From contig CAVCGV010000001.1 in assembly GCA_963601815.1 (NCBI GenBank), positions 1 through 48,119 of the forward strand: a stretch of DNA of 48,119 nt, in the 5' to 3' direction. The notes under the pieces are model-generated. The model did no database searches. It saw nothing but the letters and a program-made list of their open reading frames with translations, and was not told where the DNA came from. Below, in pieces: positions 42,767-48,119 of the stretch. This DNA is from a bacterium. Its GTDB lineage: Bacteria; Bacteroidota; Bacteroidia; Bacteroidales; Bacteroidaceae. Each line of letters begins with the position of its first letter. Within the stretch, counting starts at the first letter, position 1. The translations under genes were made by a program, and so were the position numbers.

Positions 42767-43612
42767 CTAACTTCCCGCTTTTATATTCATTCTTACGCCG
42801 ATGGCATCGAACTTCTCTTTCAGCATAGCAAGCTGGTCCGCCTCCTTGGCAGACGAGGGTGCCACGTCTATACGCTCCACGTCTTCCAGAAGACTGACGG
42901 GACCATGGTACTGCAGTTCGAAGAAGTCGAACACGGGCGGCAAGTCCCTCGCCAGCTCCTCTATCATGGGGAAGTTGCCGAGCGTCAGTTTCTTCTCCAC
43001 TATCCATGTGGCAAACAGCACATAACAGCTCATGGGGTCTGGCGGAGCCATGAATGCCTGTCCCTCGCCATGCGGCAGTCCGCAGAGGCAGGTGGCCTTG
43101 ATGTTGTCCACCCGGGTGGGAATGAGCGCATGGCAGTTGCCGAAGTTGACCGAATTGCCCACGCAAAGGGTGGTACGGTGCATGAGGCGTTCTTTCTTCA
43201 ACTGTATCGACACGTCGCCATACTGACACCACATGCCCCCGTTCACTAACAGGTCTTTGTCCGCATCGGGCTGTGAAAGGAATCCGTATTTGGGATATTC
43301 TTCGGGCAGCAGTTTCGATGCATCACACCCGAAGAGGGCTTCTGTCACTTCCTGCCTCGTCTGTTTTCCACCGTTAGTGGCTCCCGTGCCGGTCTCCATC
43401 ATACTCTTGATGCTGCGCGACTGGAGAATACCTTCCAGCGCACTGACGGGCACACGCAGATAGAACGCCCCGTAGTCTACAGCCTGCCGGAGGAACTGTT
43501 CGACAATGGGTGCCACGATGTGATAATAAGGTAACGCGCGCAACCGCTGGGAGTAGGCATTCTGATAAGTTTCCAGAGCCTGGAGCGAATGAGGTAATTC
43601 TGTTGTTGACAT
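42767..43612 (-). CDS. Hypothetical protein, DUF3626-like (putative ADP-ribosyltransferase-type fold)
   Basis: KSMMETGT, R..E.LFG, PKYGFL, QYG..L, RTT...GNS, FELQYHG.....DV motif order; promoter TAATTTTG at 43633-43640 (-). Confidence 0.6.
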   Translation of the reverse strand: MSTTELPHSLQALETYQNAYSQRLRALPYYHIVAPIVEQFLRQAVDYGAFYLRVPVSALEGILQSRSIKSMMETGTGATNGGKQTRQEVTEALFGCDASKLLPEEYPKYGFLSQPDADKDLLVNGGMWCQYGDVSIQLKKERLMHRTTLCVGNSVNFGNCHALIPTRVDNIKATCLCGLPHGEGQAFMAPPDPMSCYVLFATWIVEKKLTLGNFPMIEELARDLPPVFDFFELQYHGPVSLLEDVERIDVAPSSAKEADQLAMLKEKFDAIGVRMNIKAGS

Positions 43613-43805
43613 CGTCGTTTATTTATCGGCTGCAAAATTAATCTTTTTTTTGCAAATATCAGCGTTACGGCCTATATAATTCGGCGCAGCATAAAAGAAC
43701 CACCCGATAAAAATAGAAAATGACATGTTAAGTAGGTGTTGTCTGCTTTAGTTCGATGACGTAGAAGGAACGTGAGGCCTGCACGTAAAACATTACGCGA
43801 TTGGC

Positions 43806-43839
43806 AAAAAAAGACGCTAACCTGCCTTAGCGAATTTTT
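43806..43839. terminator. Possible bidirectional terminator
   Basis: A7-GA-CGCTAA-CCTGCC-TTAGCG-AA-T5. Confidence 0.5.
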
Positions 43840-43944
43840 GACAGCATATTTGATGGCAAAAGCAGGTATAGAAGAAATATGGATAATCCATTAAGAATCA
43901 TCCATATCACTTATAATCTGTTAGTAAAATCCGAACAAAAGACA

Positions 43945-43979
43945 ATGAGCGATTAGTACTCGTCATCATTCCATAGGAA
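43945..43979 (-). repeat. att-like direct repeat: displaced 3' end of the DUF2795 gene
   Basis: 34/35 identical to 47206-47240; encodes FLWNDDEY* on the minus strand. Confidence 0.92.
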
Positions 43980-44069
43980 TAGTAGGACTGAAAGCCAAGC
44001 CGTTATGCTTAAACAGTTCATTTATTGCACATTTTATTAGGGAGAGAAATTCCGTAAAAGGCACCCATA

Positions 44070-45404
44070 TCATAAAAATGGTGTCAGGAAGACAGGAAGA
44101 CAGATTACTCCTTTCTCTCTGCGATAGTCTTTCGTATAGATAAGGTATTTATCAGATATACGAGAAGAAAACTTATCACAAAAGTTGTCTATAGAAGAAT
44201 GAGTTGCATACCCAGAAGACTTCACTTCCAACGGACATATCTTATTTTCTCTGCTCAACAAGAAGTCAATCTCATAAAGATGATTTGATGTCTCAGAAGG
44301 GAATGTATAATAGAACAATTTGTTTCCTGACGCCGTCAAGATTTGAGCCACTACATTCTCATAGACATATCCCAAATTAGTGTTCAACTTATCATTAAGC
44401 AATTTATTATAAATTACATTTTCTGTAGCCTTCTTGTCCATGAACATAGAGGTAACAAACAATCCTGTATCATGCAAGTATATCTTAAACTTCGCCAAAT
44501 TCTTTGTCAGAGACATACCTACATTAGGATCGTCCGCATGATATGCAATATTCACTATCATTGAGTTCTTCATATCCTCCAATATTGGCAGAATGTTTTC
44601 AGCCCTTTGATTATCTATTACAGCGCTTACCTGATAACGACCTCCTCCATGAGATAATTGTGCAGGAATATTATTAAACAGCAATGAAGCCCGCCCAGTA
44701 GTATCAATTCTTCGCAAGTCTGCATCATAAAGGCTTATAATCGAACGCTTCATCTCATCAACATCAGCAAAATTATTAGTCTTGATGTACTCAGACACTA
44801 CTTGTGGCATACCGCCAATCAACATATAAAGTCTGAAATCACGAAGCGTTTGTCTCACTACAGCATCCCCAAGAGATCTTTTAGACTCAAAACATTGCCT
44901 AAGCATTGGAACACTTACATCATCTCCCATTGCCCATCGAAACTCTTCATAGTCCATAGGATACATCTCAATCGTAGTTTCTTCGCTTGGAATCAAGATA
45001 CCTTCTGTAAATTTTCTTATGCCAATAAGAGAACCAGTCTCTATATAGTCATAGCGTCCATCAGCTACCAAATATTTGATTGCTTGGCGTGCTTTCGGAG
45101 CAAGTTGGACTTCATCAAAAACAATTACAGACTTACGTTCTACAAGCTTCACCTTATATATCATTTGTAGCTGCAAGAAAATAAAGTTCAAGTCAGACAA
45201 GTCTTCAAACAAGTCAACGACTCGTTTAGAAGCCTGCCCGAAGTCTATTAGAATGTACGACTGATATTCATTTTTCGCAAATTCTTCTGCGACTGTTGAC
45301 TTACCAACACGTCTTGCACCCTTTATCATCAATGCACGTTTTCCTCCAGCTCGTTCCTTCCATTCTTGTAACTGACTGTATATCTTCCTTTTAAATGTTT
45401 CCAT
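44070..45404 (-). CDS. AAA_14/DUF4143 ATPase with C-terminal PD-(D/E)XK-like motif
   Basis: GARRVGKS, FDEVQ, TGS, GGMP, EIDFL...LEVKS; start could be 45419. Confidence 0.92.
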   Translation of the reverse strand: METFKRKIYSQLQEWKERAGGKRALMIKGARRVGKSTVAEEFAKNEYQSYILIDFGQASKRVVDLFEDLSDLNFIFLQLQMIYKVKLVERKSVIVFDEVQLAPKARQAIKYLVADGRYDYIETGSLIGIRKFTEGILIPSEETTIEMYPMDYEEFRWAMGDDVSVPMLRQCFESKRSLGDAVVRQTLRDFRLYMLIGGMPQVVSEYIKTNNFADVDEMKRSIISLYDADLRRIDTTGRASLLFNNIPAQLSHGGGRYQVSAVIDNQRAENILPILEDMKNSMIVNIAYHADDPNVGMSLTKNLAKFKIYLHDTGLFVTSMFMDKKATENVIYNKLLNDKLNTNLGYVYENVVAQILTASGNKLFYYTFPSETSNHLYEIDFLLSRENKICPLEVKSSGYATHSSIDNFCDKFSSRISDKYLIYTKDYRREKGVICLPVFLTPFL

Positions 45405-45406
45405 CT

Positions 45407-45483
45407 GCAAAATCCCCATTTTTATTTACTGCAAAGTTAGCAAAATCCCCAGATTTAAACAAGCGAAAACTTGCAAAATCCCC
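45407..45483. repeat. Three GCAAAATCCCC boxes at exact 33-bp period
   Basis: Copies start at 45407, 45440, 45473; the -7 element TAACTTTG (-) at 45432-45439 abuts copy 2. Confidence 0.9.
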
Positions 45484-45571
45484 TATTTTTGTTTTTATTA
45501 ACTCAAAATATTCAGCATCTTTGAATAGGATAAGATACGTCAAATCCACAAACAGCATAGTAACGTATCTC

Positions 45572-45630
45572 TATTTTGTATAATAAAATACACATATTTG
45601 GTATAATAAAAACACCTCATATTGTATAAA
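45572..45630. repeat. Three degenerate 23-bp tandem units
   Basis: GTATAA cores at 45578, 45601, 45624; -7 element TAACTTTG (+) at 45669-45676. Confidence 0.75.
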
Positions 45631-45701
45631 AGTAAGTTAAAAGCCATTCATTTTCAATGGATTTTCGTTAACTTTGCTTCATAATTAAGACAACAAAGGA
45701 T

Positions 45702-46979
45702 ATGAAACAATACAGACCTCGCATAGCAGACAGAATGTTAAGCCGCAGGCTTATGGGAATTGGCGCAGTTCTTATACAAGGACCTAAGTGGTGTGGCAAG
45801 ACAACAACAGCCGAGCAACAGGCTAAAAGTGTTGTATATATGGATGATCCAGAATATATGGAACAAAATGTAGAACTTGCAAGTCTTTCTCCTAAGAAAC
45901 TTCTTGCTGGTGCAACACCACGCTTGATAGACGAATGGCAACTTGCACCACAACTTTGGGATGCTGCTCGCTTTGAAGTTGACCACAGAGATGAAGAGGG
46001 GCAGTTTATCTTCACAGGCTCTGCTGTTCCTGCCAATACAGATAAGATTCACCATTCTGGGACTGGTAGATTTGCATGGCTTACAATGAGGACTATGAGC
46101 CTTTATGAGTCGGGAGAATCTACTGGCGAAGTCAGCTTGAATGATTTGTTCAGCAATCCAAACACAGATGTATTCGGAACAAACAATCTGAATATAGATT
46201 CTATAGCATGGCTCATTTGCCGTGGAGGATGGCCAAGAGCCACGACTATCAATAAAGAAGTGGCATTGGACATGGCGTATAGATATTACGAAGCAGTTGT
46301 CAACAATGATATATCTCGTGTTGACAATGTTAAGCGTGATGCAGAGAGAACTAAAAGAATCCTGCGGTCTATCGCAAGAAACCAATGTGCGCAAATCTCA
46401 ATAAACACTATTTGTGCAGACATTGAGAACAACGATACCATTACAGCAAACCGTCTTACAATAGCCTCATATATAGATGCATTGAAAAAGATATTTGTTT
46501 TGGAAGACTCTCTTGCATGGAACCCTAACTTGCGAAGCAAGACTGCCATAAGGAGTTCGGAGACTCGGTATTTCTCTGACCCTTCTATTGGAGTCGCAGC
46601 TTTGGGTGTCGGTCCCAATGACCTCATAAATGACCTTAGCACAATGGGACTGTTCTTTGAGTCGATGTGCGTCAGAGACTTAAGAGTTTATGCTGATGCA
46701 TTGGAAGGTTCTATCTATCATTATCGTGACAGTAATGGTTTGGAGTGTGATGCAGTCTTGCATTTAAAAAATGGCAGTTATGGACTAGTAGAAATAAAAT
46801 TAGGCGGTGAGAAAAATATAGAAGAAGGAGCGAAGAATCTAAAACTTCTTGCTTCTAAAATAGACACCACCAAAATGAAAGCACCATCGTTCCTAATGAT
46901 ACTTACAGGCACAACAAAATATGCCATACAACGTGAAGATGGTGTGTATGTTGTTCCTATAGGATGTCTGAAAGATTAA
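45702..46979 (+). CDS. AAA/DUF4143 ATPase with C-terminal PD-(D/E)XK-like motif
   Basis: GPKWCGKT, IDEWQ, TGS, GGWP, ECDAV...VEIKL. Confidence 0.92.
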   Translation: MKQYRPRIADRMLSRRLMGIGAVLIQGPKWCGKTTTAEQQAKSVVYMDDPEYMEQNVELASLSPKKLLAGATPRLIDEWQLAPQLWDAARFEVDHRDEEGQFIFTGSAVPANTDKIHHSGTGRFAWLTMRTMSLYESGESTGEVSLNDLFSNPNTDVFGTNNLNIDSIAWLICRGGWPRATTINKEVALDMAYRYYEAVVNNDISRVDNVKRDAERTKRILRSIARNQCAQISINTICADIENNDTITANRLTIASYIDALKKIFVLEDSLAWNPNLRSKTAIRSSETRYFSDPSIGVAALGVGPNDLINDLSTMGLFFESMCVRDLRVYADALEGSIYHYRDSNGLECDAVLHLKNGSYGLVEIKLGGEKNIEEGAKNLKLLASKIDTTKMKAPSFLMILTGTTKYAIQREDGVYVVPIGCLKD

Positions 46980-46993
46980 AAATGAGGTAAGCA

Positions 46994-47206
46994 ATGACAA
47001 GACCATCATCATACGAAGACTTTAGGCTATTGGCTGAACATCCACGACATCGTGATGTTCCTGCTATTTTCCAACTTGAAGTGATAGAGACTGATGAGTT
47101 GGAAGAATTTTTGGTGGTAAAAGACCGAAAAAAGCAATATAGGAATTTCTTACAAAATTACCTATATTGCTCATTTTCTGCCGTATGCACCATTTTAATC
47201 GTTTGA
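46994..47206 (+). pseudogene. Probable truncated gene start running into the island end
   Basis: ATG 14 bp after the ATPase stop; second half of the ORF reads through a terminator hairpin and stops at the att repeat. Confidence 0.35.
47128..47171 (-). terminator. Terminator for the DUF2795 gene, located inside the island
   Basis: Stem AGCAATATAGG/CCTATATTGCT followed by a T-tract on the minus strand. Confidence 0.8.
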
Positions 47207-47213
47207 TGAGCGA

Positions 47214-47435
47214 TTAGTACTCGTCATCATTCCACAGGAAGTCATCCTTGGAAGGATAATCAGGCCATATGTCCTCAATACTTTCGTAAACATCGCCCTC
47301 ATCTTCTATCTCCTGCAAATTCTCCAGAACCTCCAGAGGTGCACCTGAGCGAGTTGCATAGTCTATCAACTCCTCTTTTGTTGCAGGCCATGGTGCATCT
47401 TCCAGCTTTGAAGCCAATTCAAGTGTCCAATACAT
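47214..47435 (-). CDS. DUF2795 domain protein
   Basis: MYWTLELASKLEDAPWPATKEELIDYATRSGAP, a conserved Bacteroidetes small protein; promoter TACTTTTG at 47470-47477 (-). Confidence 0.92.
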   Translation of the reverse strand: MYWTLELASKLEDAPWPATKEELIDYATRSGAPLEVLENLQEIEDEGDVYESIEDIWPDYPSKDDFLWNDDEY

Positions 47436-47527
47436 AGCTATATGTTTTTACAGTTTATTGTTTTGCGTGCAAAAGTAATACTTTTTCTTTTATTTGCAAG
47501 CTTTTGTACAAAAAAAAACTGTATCAA

Positions 47528-47971
47528 CTAATAATTAACCTTAAAAAGCTGCTTAGGCTTGGTGGAATCGAAGAAAACAACACCTATATCCACCATATCG
47601 AATACCTGAAAACAGCGATTGTCTTCCACTATTTGTCTCCACATTGCTGCGGTCAGCCTATTGCAGTTGATGTCCTGTAGCACCAGAACTGTATCGCTGC
47701 CACATTTGTCGAGCAAGGTATCGGCAAGTTGCAACTTACTCCATTGCTCTTGCTTTATAATAAAGACTTGAGGGTAAGAAACCTGTAACCTATAGAGCAG
47801 CCGCTCTCCATGGGATGCACCATAAGGATAGTTTACCTGTGCTGTATGGGTACGCAGAAAACCGCTTTCCTTTACCACGTGACGAAGGAAAGTATAAGCA
47901 GTTGGCGATTGTACTCCAAAACCGCGCGTTCGCGGCATACGGCGAAGATATTCTATAAAACGGCGTATCAT
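47528..47971 (-). CDS. Conserved hypothetical protein (reduced methyltransferase-like)
   Basis: RGFGVQSP..Y N-terminus and DI...W..I...FD...GVVFF C-terminus; ATG 47971 chosen because the upstream extension overlaps a REP. Confidence 0.7.
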   Translation of the reverse strand: MIRRFIEYLRRMPRTRGFGVQSPTAYTFLRHVVKESGFLRTHTAQVNYPYGASHGERLLYRLQVSYPQVFIIKQEQWSKLQLADTLLDKCGSDTVLVLQDINCNRLTAAMWRQIVEDNRCFQVFDMVDIGVVFFDSTKPKQLFKVNY

Positions 47972-48020
47972 AAAGAAAATTGAAATGAAGTTAAGAATAT
48001 GAACGCTATTGCGCCAGCCC

Positions 48021-48101
48021 TTAGTAGGTACGGCGTCCTCGCCGTACACAAACATGATTGCTTACTTGCTTGAGTGTGCAGCGGGGACGCTGCACCTACT
48101 A
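48021..48101. repeat. Inverted REP doublet (REPIN/BIME-like)
   Basis: GTAG-GTACGGCG-TCCT-CGCCGTAC (+, 48024-48047) and GTAG-GTGCAGCG-TCCC-CGCTGCAC (-, 48076-48099). Confidence 0.88.
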
Positions 48102-48119
48102 CGGATTGCTTACTTGGGG

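Larger units (their letters stand above)
43945..47240. mobile_element. Integrated genomic island (no integrase visible) in the 3' end of the DUF2795 gene
   Basis: Flanking 35-bp direct repeats; interior visibly AT-richer than flanking housekeeping genes. Confidence 0.8.

Noticed and set aside
41990..43249. 419-aa plus-strand ORF spanning the SGNH and DUF3626-like genes
   Set aside because: Antisense to two motif-supported genes; no recognisable domain
43877..43944. Possible end of a second tandem island left of the displaced att copy (hairpin ATATGGAT..ATCCATAT)
   Set aside because: No third copy of the att core found; the hairpin may simply be the native terminator
45395..45583. 62-aa ORF with repeated AKSP
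   Set aside because: Translation by-product of the 33-bp-phased DNA boxes, overlapping a promoter

Overview
48-kb chromosomal segment of a Bacteroidales bacterium, most likely Prevotella-like (inferred from TAnnTTTG promoters, gene order and the T9SS operon). The left third is the conserved minus-strand cluster rpsU-xerC-hpf-tRNAs-tuf-tRNA-Trp-secE-nusG-rplKAJL-rpoBC. The middle holds aminopeptidase P, mdh, an accessory-looking block (DUF3737, PatB/MalY, nitroreductase, ZIP, MATE), porP-K-L-M-N, a porin, priA, a FadL-like OMP, a 7TM-HD hydrolase, gltX and waaA. The right end has an MBOAT + SGNH O-acylation pair preceded by a DUF3626/ART-like gene. Most notable: (1) an AT-rich ~3.2-kb island with no integrase, bounded by a 35-bp direct repeat (34/35) that duplicates the 3' end of the DUF2795 gene; it carries two divergent AAA/DUF4143 ATPases, each with its own exactly phased triple direct repeat upstream (33-bp and 23-bp periods); (2) a GTAG/GGAG-hairpin REP family, two inverted copies of which bracket a promoter-leader-MATE cassette; (3) a guanidine-IV-like leader variant before that MATE; (4) a tRNA-Gly with a compensatory A19-U56 elbow pair. 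All assignments are by motif recognition only; no searches were run.
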